From positions 1,488,001 through 1,552,000 of the forward strand of contig MU008165.1 of NCBI GenBank assembly GCA_010909165.1: a DNA stretch of 64,000 nt, written 5' to 3'. The notes beneath the pieces were generated by a model. The model was not told the DNA's origin, searched no databases, and saw nothing but the letters and a program-made list of their open reading frames with translations. The DNA is from Anthoceros angustus (Eukaryota > Plantae > Anthocerotophyta). The position numbers and the translations under genes are program-made. Positions 12,309 through 23,529 of the stretch are shown piece by piece (within the stretch, counting starts at the first letter, position 1; the number at the start of each line of letters is the position of its first letter).

Positions 12309-13426
12309 AACAGCTTCATTTCCCACATTCACACATAAGCTCACAAGCGAGCGCTATGTACATACATATGTATAGTATACAAAGACTAGTTCCCACTTCC
12401 CACTTCCCACTTCCCTCTTCCCCACTTCCCACCCTCCTTCTCCACTCTCTCCACTCGGGACCCGTAAAACGTTGCCCCAGGCAGCAGATTCAGCACAGAC
12501 GTGATGCCACGTCCGGCACGACCCCCCGGGCCCGATGAGCTTGCAGTGGCCGCCTCACAATTTCGAAGATGCTATGCCCAGCCTCCGTTCCTCCATTCCC
12601 GGGGCGCCCGACTGAACAGGATCCGGAGCGAATGATTTGGTGAGCGGCCTTTCACACCGCGCCGAGGCCTATTTCCGGCCTCTTGGACCACTTGGTGTGC
12701 CCGACAGGTCCCAAGCCTGCAAAATCTTCACTTCCGCGAGCCCAGATGCTGTCTCCGCACAGGCTCAATCGCGGGGGAGGCGCATATTATTAGCACGCAT
12801 TCCATCGGCAACCTGCAGCCTCGTGAGAGCAGGGCATGCCAGCCTCCGGCCATTTATTATTGGCATGCATCCAAGCCCCGCCGCTCCCGCTGCGAGCTGC
12901 AAGGCTGCAGGTGCAGAGTGCACAAACCAGTTTCTCGAACACTGGCGCAGCAGCAGGCTCGCTCTCTCTGCACCGCTCCACCTGTCTTTCTATCCACACA
13001 CCTATCCTGACCCTTTCTGGCGTCTCGCCAACCCCTTTCCCGGCGTTCGAAATGTGGTTGCAGGCAGCTCCTTTGGCGCTGTTGTGTTCAAGGCCGCAAG
13101 CTGCTGCAGCGCAAGCGTGCGCCAAGTGTTTGAGAGTGTTCAACTTGGTTACGACTTCAGGCTGAAGCGATCGATGCTGCATCTGCCTCCCGGCGCAGCG
13201 TTGCGGAAGAAGCATCGCGCCCTCGGGAACGCCAGCGCAAGCGAAAGCGCAAGCGCAGGCCGGCAGGCGGCATCGGCATCTGCCTCAACGTCTTCCGAAC
13301 CCCCGATTTTCGAGATGCGGAAACCGGGTGCTGTACGGACGATGGCGGGGGTGAAGTAGCGGAATTCGCTCTCAGATGTCGCAGAATGTGATGAGCTTGT
13401 GGACCGGCGTCATCGCGCTTCACGGC

Positions 13427-15401
13427 ATGGCTGCGTCCCGGAGCAGATCCCATGGAGCGCTGTGGCTGCCGGTGCTGCTCCTGTGCTGCCTCCTCCCGCT
13501 GGCGGTGCAAGGTGAGCGCGCGTCTCGAACTGTGTGAGATTGAGTCGTGAAGACGACTCAAGAATTCGGGCTGCTTGCGGTTTCTTCCTTCCTTCCCTCT
13601 CTTCGTGAGTGCCTTGCCGAGCCGAGCCGAGCCGAGCCGAGGCGAGCCGAGCCGCGCCGTGCCGATTAGGGCTAGTGATGGCCATATGTTGATGATTTCG
13701 TGTTGCAAGTTGTTGCGAGCAGGCGGGCCTTGCTCGTCGAGCGCCGTGAGCATCCCGGTGCGCAAGCCGGCGGACATCCTGCTGCGGCTCAAGTACCCGG
13801 ACACGCAGACGGTGCGCCTGGAGCTCCAGAACAGCCTGTGGCTGTCGGCGAGCTTGGAGCTGTCGAGCGCGGGCTTCTGCTGCACCATCCTCACCTCCGC
13901 GAGCAGCGCCGGCGCCAACGGCTTCACCATCGGCTTCGCCCAGTCCGGCCAGTTCCCTCTGGTGCACATCGAGAACGTCTCCAACGTGCTCCTCACCAGG
14001 CTCACCCTCTCCCGGGGCTCCTCCACCGGGATGTGCGACCGGTCGCAGCTGGGCCTGGACGTGGGGCCGAGCAGCCCCCTGCCCTGCCCCGCCGTGTTCG
14101 CGCACCGCGCCTGGGGCGTCACCGTCTCCCACTGCACCCTCACCACCCGCATCGACTTCTTCTACGTCGTGCAGGCCCGCGTGGAGTCGTCCACCATCAC
14201 CCTCAAGCCCGACGACGTGGGCGTCCGCATCGCCAACTGCGGGGACGGCCCCAACCTCATCCCAGGCAAGGTTCGTCGACCTCCGAGCCCGGCTCGCCTC
14301 CGCACCATCCTTCCTTCCTCCAATGCCCACCATCTTGTTTCGGTATTGAAGGCGCATGCACATTGGCTGTGGTGTGGCGCTTTGCGTGCGTGCGTGGTGC
14401 AGGTTTTCGTGACCAACAACCGCATCACCGGCGGGATAGACGGTGTTCTCCTCTTCAAGCAGGCGGTGGGGGCGACGGTGCAGAACAACGACTTCCTCAA
14501 CTACGTGTTCGCGGGGGTGCAATGCGGGAGGGGGTACAGGAACTCGGCGGACTGCATGCTGAGCCTGATAGCGCAGAACGTGATGACCACGGACCCGAGC
14601 TTCCAGCCTCTGAACGACGCAGCGGGGATCTACTTCGCGACGCACTGGTCGAACCCGGGGAACGTGGTGCGCTGCAACTACGTGGTCGGGGGCCGCCACT
14701 GCGTCTACCTCGACTACTGCTCGTCGGGGGTGACGGTGGACGGCGCCGTGTGCGTGGACGGGTACGACGGGATCAAGCTGAACGCGGGGCACAGCAACGT
14801 CATCACCTCCGTGGTGGCGGTGAACCTGACGGGCATGGCGGGCTGGATGTCGAGCCAGAACTACGACGTGAACAACTGCAACCTGGCGCCGGGATCCGAG
14901 TGGGCGAAGGCGGCCCCGCAGTTCGGGTCCGCGTACCCGTTCCTGGCCAACTTCTGCACCCGCACCTCCGTGGGCGGGGTGGCCTGCAACCCGGCGGGGG
15001 GGGCCACGGCGGCGCAGACGGGCCGCTGCAGCGGCATGCCCACCGCCAACGTCATGAAGCTGAGCATCGTGGACGCGAAGCGGAAGCCGCCTTGGGGCAG
15101 CCCCAACTTCACCCACTACGAGACGCTCCCGGCGGTGCCCGCCCTCAACCAGCTGCTGTACAAGAACTACTGGACTGCCAACAACGTGGTGCTCTACGGG
15201 GGGCTCAAGCCGCCGTGGGACAACGTCGCCTTCAACGACCCTGCGGGGAAGGACTACGGCCTGCGCTCCACCTCCGTCATCTGGCAGCAGTACGCTGGAT
15301 TCAGATCCTGCCCCAGATCGCAGACCGGCGCCAAACCCATCCCCCAGTCCTCCGCCATCTCCTTCTTCAACGTCTACAGGTCCGTGCCGCTCCCTCAGTA
15401 G
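13427..15401 (+). CDS. Secreted Cys-rich right-handed parallel beta-helix (pectin-lyase-fold) protein, 3 exons: 13427-13511, 13723-14270, 14403-15401
   Basis: Signal peptide MAASRSRSHGALWLPVLLLCCLLPLAVQG. PbH1-like repeats including NDAAGIYFATHWSNPGNVVRCNYV..CVYLDYCSSGVTVDG..GIKLNAGHSNVI. Very high GC3 and canonical GT-AG introns. Confidence 0.8.
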
Positions 15402-16089
15402 CGAGCCCCGGGGAGCCTACAGCCACACGTAGCGCTCCCGATTCGAGACTTGTTTTGCGCGCGCCTTCTTTCCTTTTTGCGACCGCATCTTCTTCTTCTG
15501 TTAAATATCATCATTTTTTTATTCTACTCTACCTTTTCCAATCGATATCAACATTAATTTATGTCTGATCTACGATACACATATGGTCTCTCTCTACCCT
15601 CTTCCTTTTACTTTTTATCTTTTTAATTATGTTTGAAGCATAATTCTAATTTGAATTTTATAATAACAACAATAATTCCCAAGAGTTTAGACAACGTATC
15701 TAAATCAGGGTTTCAAGAGTGTGGCCCTGGTTTTCCTGGAGAGAGGTCTTGAGATGCGAAAACTTTATAAGGTTAAGTTAAGTAAGAACCTAGTGGTGAT
15801 AGTGAAATCAACTTTTTATAAATATAAATTGTTTGATCATTCTACTCTTCTTATCTTGCAGACGTTTGGGCTGCAAACTAAGAACCAAAAGGCGACACAA
15901 AATCTATAAAGCACATGCAAGTGACCCTAATTGGGGGAAAAGAAAAAGGGTTAACTTGAAGTTCTTATTTGCTGGAGTTTGGTGCATACTCAAGCCTTTG
16001 GGTATATATGCACCTAACAAGTTGAACATCATCATCTCATGAACATCATTTCAACAGGTCTAAACATTCACTCGGAAAAGGAGACTTTG

Positions 16090-16650
16090 TTATAAAAAAG
16101 AGATGGAAAAAACCCATCCACCCCAAAAACAAAGGGGGAAAAACCCAACGAAGGGCACCGTGCCACGGGGACTAGCCCCCACAATCACACATTCAAAACT
16201 ACCAACCGCCCAGAGAACTTCGTGGTCGGGTACATGAAAGGGCCTCCTTTTTATCGGTGTCGAAGAAACCTCATCTCTTGCGCTCGCTGTTGTTCTGTAC
16301 ACTGCGTTGGCCAACACCCTCTGCAGAGCGATGAAAACCCTCTGCCAGAAGAACCTCTTGATAAACCTGGAGAAATCCTTGCTCATGGCTCCGTGAGTCT
16401 CGATGGAAAGGGAGACGAAGGCATGGCCATCCTGCATAAGAGAGTACTTGTGAACCTTAGCCGTCGTGCATCCCTCCACCGCCCAACCTGGAGGGTTAAG
16501 GATAACATGTTCGCAAGCACTATCCCGGGTGGGATCTGTTACAACCACATCTGCAACCGAAGCTTGATCTCCACGGGTCAAAAATAAATCAGCCCTAAGC
16601 GAGACCAAGCAAGGTATAATGGGAGGAACCCGCCTTCCCCAGACATTCAC
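16090..16650 (-). mobile_element. 3' fragment of a CRE-like non-LTR retrotransposon (restriction-like endonuclease domain)
   Basis: RADL...ADVVVTDP...AKVHKY...FVSLSIETHG...WQRVFIALQR matches the RLE motif order R-x-D...D-V...K-x2-K-Y...ET-x-G...QR. Confidence 0.75.
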
Positions 16651-16676
16651 TAGAGTTGAGACAGTATTTAAAAAAC

Positions 16677-17849
16677 CTAAAACCGTACGGTATATTTTTT
16701 AACAAGGGGCGCATAATGATTCAATCGATCATCATACAAGATATTAAGACTCCGCATACATTTTCTCTCTTCTTTTATTTGATTGCCTTCCAATTTACGA
16801 TCGTCGACATTCAACCCGTATTCTTCTCCGAACTCTTGAATCATGATGAATTCATTCTCAGATTTCATAGACCATATGCATATGTGTCGCTTTAAGGATA
16901 TACTCAGCCATTGAGTGGCAAGTGCGTCTCCCCATAGGCCAACTTCATCTTGGGGTGTTCCATGTTGGGATCTTCCCTCTTTGAATGACGTCCCATCTTG
17001 CATTTCGGCATCTAGCGCTGTCCCATTTTGCATTGTCGCATCTTGCACATACGGATACTCAAGGTTTAGATCTGGCATTTTCATGTGTGACATCATCTTA
17101 TCCTGCACATTTGATGCATCTTGCACGTTTGCTGCATCTTGCACATCTGATGCCTCGTGCATATTTGATTCATCTTGCACATTTGATGCATCTGGCATAT
17201 TTGACATTCCTTGCATATTTGATGCCTCTTGCATATTTCTCTTACGTTGCATAGTTGTGTCGTCTAGCATTGTCTCGTCACATGATATTGCATCTTGCGG
17301 TGTGGACAACAAGATGCACTCACTTATTTTGGGGGCTAATTTCAAATTATACCTCATTTTAGTTTCACGGTTCGAGCGAAACCCTCGCATTTTTTGAGTT
17401 TCGTCAAGCCTTTCACCTTTTTGACTTCGGCCAATGGAATATGGCAAGCCTTGAGATCTAGCATTCTCATGATTATAGCCAAACCCTCGAGTTTTCCGAG
17501 TTCTATCAACTCTCTGAGCTTTTTGACTTTTGCCAAAAGAATTTGGCAGGCCTTGAGATATGCCACATATCATACTTTTTGGTACAACAGATAATCTCAT
17601 CCTACGAATATAAGTGCCCATATTATCTATTTGATGAAGTTCTTGCAATATCTCTGGAATATACTGCTCGAGATTATCAAGAGCAACTGGGTCTTGATTT
17701 AGAATCCTATTTTTAAACTCATCCATTGCCATTTCTCTTAGGCTTAAAGATGAAATTGTACCTTTTAACAGGTAGGATACTGCATCAAATAAACAATCGC
17801 CCATATTATAACAAAAATTTGTCACTCTAAACAAATTTTCTCCCACCAT
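16677..17849 (-). CDS. OTU-family cysteine protease-like ORF with a large internal repeat insert (probably transposon cargo)
   Basis: Stop-free 390-aa ORF in AT-rich DNA, with GDCLFDAVS (Cys box), LWGDALATQWLS..RHICIW and NHYAPL (His box). Confidence 0.7.
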   Translation of the reverse strand: MVGENLFRVTNFCYNMGDCLFDAVSYLLKGTISSLSLREMAMDEFKNRILNQDPVALDNLEQYIPEILQELHQIDNMGTYIRRMRLSVVPKSMICGISQGLPNSFGKSQKAQRVDRTRKTRGFGYNHENARSQGLPYSIGRSQKGERLDETQKMRGFRSNRETKMRYNLKLAPKISECILLSTPQDAISCDETMLDDTTMQRKRNMQEASNMQGMSNMPDASNVQDESNMHEASDVQDAANVQDASNVQDKMMSHMKMPDLNLEYPYVQDATMQNGTALDAEMQDGTSFKEGRSQHGTPQDEVGLWGDALATQWLSISLKRHICIWSMKSENEFIMIQEFGEEYGLNVDDRKLEGNQIKEERKCMRSLNILYDDRLNHYAPLVKKYTVRF

Positions 17850-18495
17850 TTTGCACAAATGGATAGAATAATACACAGATAAATAGGTCCAAAAGATAAA
17901 AGTTCTAACAAGGACCTAATTTGGACGCACATATACACTTCAACACCACTTCGATAGTCGACAATATATTTAAAGGCCTTGAAGTGTCGCACCAAGAGAG
18001 GAGATATATTTACTAAAATACCACCTTACATAATATAATATATGTATGAAGGTATCTTCAAGTAACGAAACACGTTTATCAATTTGGGGCCCCCCTCATA
18101 TATAGGCAAGGGATCCTTAATTAAGAAATTATAAACTTTATGATATGATCATCTAATTTGGAAGTGTTTCCCAAGTTAAAAGTCATTACAAGAGGAGCAA
18201 TTTATAATTGTAGAAGTCCCTCTATAAAGGAGAACATCAATCTTCATTGAACAAACCTTAGCAATCGTAGATCACAGGATAATGAAAAGTTATATGCATG
18301 AAGAATGGATTACAAGATTTCGAAGTTCATAGTTTGGAACAATTGTTCCGATTTAGGTCTTGCCCATTTATACCCCTGAGAAAGTACATATTTGGTAGGC
18401 TTTCACCATACTTCATATTAGCAACTACTAAATTGGTAATTTTCCAACCGATGTGTGTCAATTGCTATATTTCTATCTATTCCAGAAAGAGATAG

Positions 18496-18849
18496 TGTTG
18501 TCGATTTCTATTTAATTCATTTATAGCTAACATTAATTAATCTAATGACTTGCTGTTAAGTAAGTAATTAGCATTAATTAATATGAAATGTTTATGTTAA
18601 TTAAGCATTGATTAGTGTTAATTAACATGGTGAGCAATAACTAAGTGGATAAACATAAGTTATATGCGTTAGCATATTTCTTGCATATTATAGTGTATTC
18701 TTATGATATTTCCAGCATATGCTGATGCCAATAAGATATCTTAGCAATGCGCTTGAGGCTATAGATAGATCTTCACGAGGACAAGCTGGATCATAGCTTG
18801 TCCTCTAGATATGCAATGCAAGAATGTTGTGAGCAGGCGTTTCATAACA
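18496..18849. repeat. Dispersed LTR-like repeat, copy 1 (copy 2 at ~47700-48165)
   Basis: Shared blocks TTATGTTAATTAAGCATTGATTAGTGTTAATTAA, ATTATAGTGTATTCTT and GAGGACAAGCT..GATCATAGCTTGTCCTCTAGAT. TG...ACA ends; no TSD seen. Confidence 0.7.
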
Positions 18850-19588
18850 AAGCATTTGAACTGTTCCAAAAACATACAACAATTTTACAATGAGTCAAAC
18901 ACCCGTTGTAAAAGTTTATAATGGGCGGAGAGTAGTTGGCATGGCGCCTATGTGGATTTACTTGGTAGCTTGACATGGCTTTACTTGACGTGGTAAATTG
19001 GCAGCGGCATTGCAACTGCCATTGTAAAATGTCGAAAAGATATTTTAACTTAAAGTAAAAATATATATTTTAAAAACATATCTTGACTTGGATAATTCTA
19101 ATAATTATGATATTTCCTTATGGGCGATGTTCGCCTTGCCCCTCTCCTGGATCGCCTTGTCAGTGCGACGAGGCAGCTTGGAATCTGTTCCTTTTTCTCC
19201 TCTCGTGGTGTCTTCGTCGCTCTAGGGGTGGTTCTTCCGGCTAAGGGAGGTAGCGTCTCGTCTCCGCCAATTCCGGGTCAAAGACTGGGAAGCTATGCAG
19301 GAGGAAGGGGGGCGCGTAGTGAAATTCAAGCTGGAGGCTGCCAAGGTGGATCGGGTCTGTCAAGACCCCGCCAAGGCGCAACTCAAGAGATGTCCCTTAC
19401 TACGCCGTGCTAGGGAATACGCCAGGTCTGCTCGGGCACTTTGCCCGGGGCCCGTGGCGCCAGCCTCCGTAGCGCCCGCGGCTTTCATCGGGTGGTATGT
19501 GTGGGACAATCTACGATCACCTTTGGAATTACTTTGCTCCTCAGGATCCGATTTGGCGCCGCTGCCCGAAAGGGTGCACCAGCATGGC

Positions 19589-19712
19589 CTGAACCCTGAA
19601 CCCTGGTCCATGAACCCTAAACCCCGAATCTTGAACCTTGAGCCCTCAACCTTGAACCTTAACACTCGGAACTCTAAACGCTGAACCCTGAACCCTAAAC
19701 CCTAAACCCTAA
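19589..19712. repeat. Degenerate interstitial telomeric repeat (CCCTAAA/CCCTGAA)n
   Basis: About 17 heptamer units, ending in perfect AACCCTA copies. Confidence 0.85.
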
Positions 19713-19944
19713 CAATACTCTTACTAAACACTAGTAGCATTATACCTATGGCATCCCGATATGGGCATGGAGAAACTTGTTCAATTTTTTTTTTTTTTGG
19801 CGGAGCTTGTACACCACCTAGCTTGATACATTCAATTGGAGCCAGCTGGGTGCACGGAGCCTGCTGGAGCACCAGCTAGGTTTGGCGGCTACCAAGGGGT
19901 GGGCATGGGCCTAAAGCTTTCAATTCATGCCAAAATAAAATGGC

Positions 19945-20110
19945 AATCGATTGAGGCCTAATCGCAAGTTAATTGATTGAGGGATGAGGCAAAATGTAGG
20001 CATTTGAGGCCTGAATCGATAGGTAGTTGATTGAGGCCTCAATCAAAAGCTAATCGATTGAGGCCGATCAAAAGGTAAATCAAGCTTTAAGCTTAATTGA
20101 TTGAGCTTGA
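19945..20110. repeat. Degenerate short tandem repeat (GATTGAGGCCT core)
   Basis: The core recurs about 5-6 times at ~25-30 nt spacing. Confidence 0.6.
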
Positions 20111-20282
20111 CACAGGCTTGAAGCTTCAATTGAGGTCGGACAGGCATGGAGAAAGTTTTCCATGGCGAAGAGAAAGCTTCAAACCTGAAAAGGCCTCTTG
20201 ACTAGTATTTACACAACAAAAGGATCTCTACTTAAGCTTTGTTTCGCAAACTGGGATCAAAATCTAAATCAGCCACACCTAG

Positions 20283-20693
20283 ATTCATCGGTTCAACGAA
20301 ACTTGAGCCAATTCAGGCTTGGCCTAATTCATTGATTTAGCAAAGCTCGAGCCAATTCAAGCTTGGCCTGATTCATCGATTTAGCGAAGCGTGAGCCAAT
20401 TCAAGCCTGGCCCGATTCATCGATTTAGCAAAGCGTGAGCCAATTCAAGCCTGGCCCGATTCATCGATTCAGTGAGGCTAAGTTTGAGCTAATTCAGGCC
20501 TGGCACGATTCATCGATTTACCGAAGCTGAGCTTGATCCAATTCAGGCTTGGCACGATTTATCGATTTAGTGAAGCTAAGCTCGAGCCAATTCAGGCCTG
20601 GCCCAATTCATCGATTCAAAGAAGCTAAGCTTGAGCCAATTCAGGCCTGGCCCGATTCATCGATTCAGCGAAGCTTGAGCCAATTCAAACCTA
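20283..20693. repeat. Minisatellite with 44- and 49-bp units, about 9 copies
   Basis: Unit GAGCCAATTCAGGCCTGGCCCGATTCATCGATTTAGCGAAGC starts at ~20305, 20349, 20393, 20437, 20486, 20535, 20584, 20633 and 20677. Confidence 0.92.
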
Positions 20694-21152
20694 GAACACG
20701 GTATTTTTCGAAGGGGGTGAATATCCGAACCCCCTTCTTTGGGTTATGAACCTCCTTATCACATCCCATACAGTCCCAAAATATGCATTTCAGCTCTTTT
20801 GTGGGTAATCACGACCCTTCGGCTGGAAGTCGGAAATGTAAAGGCCTGTTTTGAACACATCACGACTTCGAAATCTAGTGAAGGCGCCGGCTAGCCGGTG
20901 CCTTCACTGAATTTTTGAGGAAGGAGGCAAAATGAAGAAATCCATTGGCACATTGCAACTGGTCCATAATTTAAAACTAATCATAAGAACAAGCACATCT
21001 AGGTGCCCAAAGAGAGAAAAAACCAATTCATCAGGGCTAACTTGTGACACATCCGGTGCTTGAGCGGACTCTGAATCCATAACGACGGCCAAATTTCGAA
21101 TCCGCGCTAGTTCCTGTTCATCGAAGCTGTCATTCTACTTACACGTAAAGAA

Positions 21153-23528
21153 GTTGGTAGCCTAGGATCGCATGTGTGAAGATCGTGCAAGAGGTAAGCA
21201 AGAGGGACAAGAGCAAGTTGGAATCGAAAGATGATACAAATTACACACAAAGAAAGGGTCTTATACAAAAGCGGTTGTTGCGGTTATTAATTAACGAATA
21301 ATAAAACTAAACCTAATTTAATTATGCGAAATCACCATTATGTTTTAACACATATCTATTCCAAAATAAGCTATATTCCATTACTTCCACTTAGTTGCAA
21401 TTAGGAGTTAATTGATAAGCTTGAAAATATCTTGAAAATTGACTTCATAATAGAAAGTGTTCTCCCACTGCTGATATAAGCAGAAAAAGAGTTTGAGCAA
21501 GTGTGACGATCACATAACTCAATAAGGCTTCATCCAATCACCAAGCCAGATAAAAGAGGAAATCAACTAATGGGATGTTCCTGCTTTGCTAACAGCAGGT
21601 ATAAATTGTAGCCCAGCTGCCAAAGTATGTTTCTCATGTACCAACTTTGGCAAAGACTTTGTCAAAAGGTCAGCCACATTTTCTGACGTGGTAACATAGT
21701 CCACTATTACGTCTTTACGCTCTGCTACTTGTCTTATAAAATGATGAGCAATCTCGATATGCTTACTTCTAGCATGAAAAACTGCATTCTTCGATAAAGC
21801 AATGGCCGACTAGTTGTCACACCAAAGCTGAGTTGGTCCTTCATGAAGCTGCTTAAGTCCACTTAAGAAAGATCTAATCCAAATAACCTCTCTAGCAGCT
21901 TGTGTCATGGCACCATATTACCTTAGTAAAGGAAAGACAAATAGTGGTGAGCTTTTACTTGACCAAGAGATAACCATCCACCTAAAAGCGTACGGAGGCT
22001 GCAATACTAAATACAGTGTGGGTCACCAGCCGGATGGCATCACAAAGGACATTAGTGCAAACCATCCGTTGCTTAGAAAACGTAAACCTTTGCTTGTTCC
22101 TTTGAGGTACCTAAAATTCTCTTCAACTGCGCCCCAATGTGGCAAGCCGGGGTTCTCTAAGCCCGACTTACATTACTAACGCACGTGTGATGTCTAATCT
22201 AGTCCAACGATAGATAGATTAAACAATAGCGACTTGTCGGTAAGGCTTGAGTGCCATCTTGGCCTTTTCTTCTCATTGTCGGGCATTGTTCCTTAAATAG
22301 CTTTTCACTGTAGACATAGGTGTACTTCTTGATCGTGCATCCTCCATCTTGAACCTCTTAAGTAGTTGATGTACAAAATGCTCTTGATGAATATCAATAG
22401 TATTATCACGGTGTTAAAATGAAATTGAACACCAAGAGAAAATGATAATCAAATCACATATATCAAATCTTGCCAAAAGAACTTTCTTGCCATAAGAGTT
22501 GGTGAAGTGCTAAATAAAATATTATCATCCACATAAGCTTAAAATGATAAAATCATTGCCATCCCATAAAATATATACGTCCCAAACATGTGAAACCCAA
22601 TTCTATGAGCAATGCATGAAACACTTCATTCCATGCACGGAGGATCTTAAGACCATAAAGTGTTTTTAAAAGTCTTTATTAGGGTCTATAATAAAACCTT
22701 CCTATTGAGCCATGTAGATGACCTCATCTAAGGTGCCATTAAGAAAGTTTTACGTCCTAAGCGATGTACGAGGAGATTGTAGTGAGCAGCAAGGGCAAGG
22801 AGTATTCTTATGGAAGTAGACTTAACAACTGGGGCAAATGTTTCATTGTAGTCTAACCCCGCTACTTGACTATATCCCTTTGCCACGAGGCGAGCCTTAT
22901 ACCTACCAACACTACCATCTGTATTGAGTTTTTTTTTGAAGACCCACTTACAAGTACAATAGTGTCATCAGTCACCACTGGAAGAGCAGGGTGATCATCG
23001 TCAGCTGCAACAATGGGAGTTGGAGCTACAAGGGTGATTGGAGCTGAAGGGTTAATAGTTGCTCTAGGAGTGAGCTGAGTAGCATGTTGACGAAGCAAAA
23101 CATCTTCGTTAAAAACCACACTGCGTGAGATGGTCACCTGACGTGTAGAGGGATCAAATAACTTGTAACCCTTCACATCGTCGGAGTAGCCCACAAAAAT
23201 CCTACGAATAGCCTTCAAGTCCATCTTATGACGAGTAGCTATAGGTAGATAAGCATAAGCTGGTGATCCGAATATACGCAAGTGCCCAATGCGGGGCTTG
23301 TGTCTTGTCCATCTCTCATAAGGAGTAGTCAAACCAAGCTCCTTAAAAGGTAGTCAGTTGAAAACATAGTTAGCAGCCATCAACGCTTCAGCCCAATATC
23401 CGCGAGAGAGACTAGCAAAAGTGAGAGATGCCAAAGTAGCCTCCTGGAGTGTCCGGTTTTTCCTCTCAGCAAAAGAGTTCTGAGAGGAGTATACGGCACG
23501 GTGAGCTGGTGATGGATCCCTTCCAGCA
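21153..23528 (-). mobile_element. Decayed, 5'-truncated Ty1/copia element (integrase C-terminus, RT, RNase H, probable 3' LTR ~21153-21380)
   Basis: TVPYTP..AERKNRTL, WAEAL, HLRIFGSPAY, FVGYS..KGYKLFDP, RLASWQR (degenerate KARLVA) and WCDN*SAIALSKNAVFHARSKHIEI..VADLLTKSL. Stops and frameshifts throughout. Confidence 0.93.
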
Positions 23529-23529
23529 C

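Noticed and set aside
12637-13359. 240-aa ORF between the DOT1-like and beta-helix genes
   Set aside because: Non-ATG start, no recognisable motifs, GC-rich divergent promoter region.
13157-15568. 331-, 568- and 622-aa ORFs overlapping the beta-helix gene
   Set aside because: Alternative-frame or antisense shadows caused by extreme GC3.
19120-19590. Possible DIRS-like RT/RNase H fragment
   Set aside because: Only a vague resemblance; no catalytic motif could be identified.
20283-20693. CRISPR-like periodic array
   Set aside because: No unique spacers, no cas genes and a eukaryotic context; it is a minisatellite.
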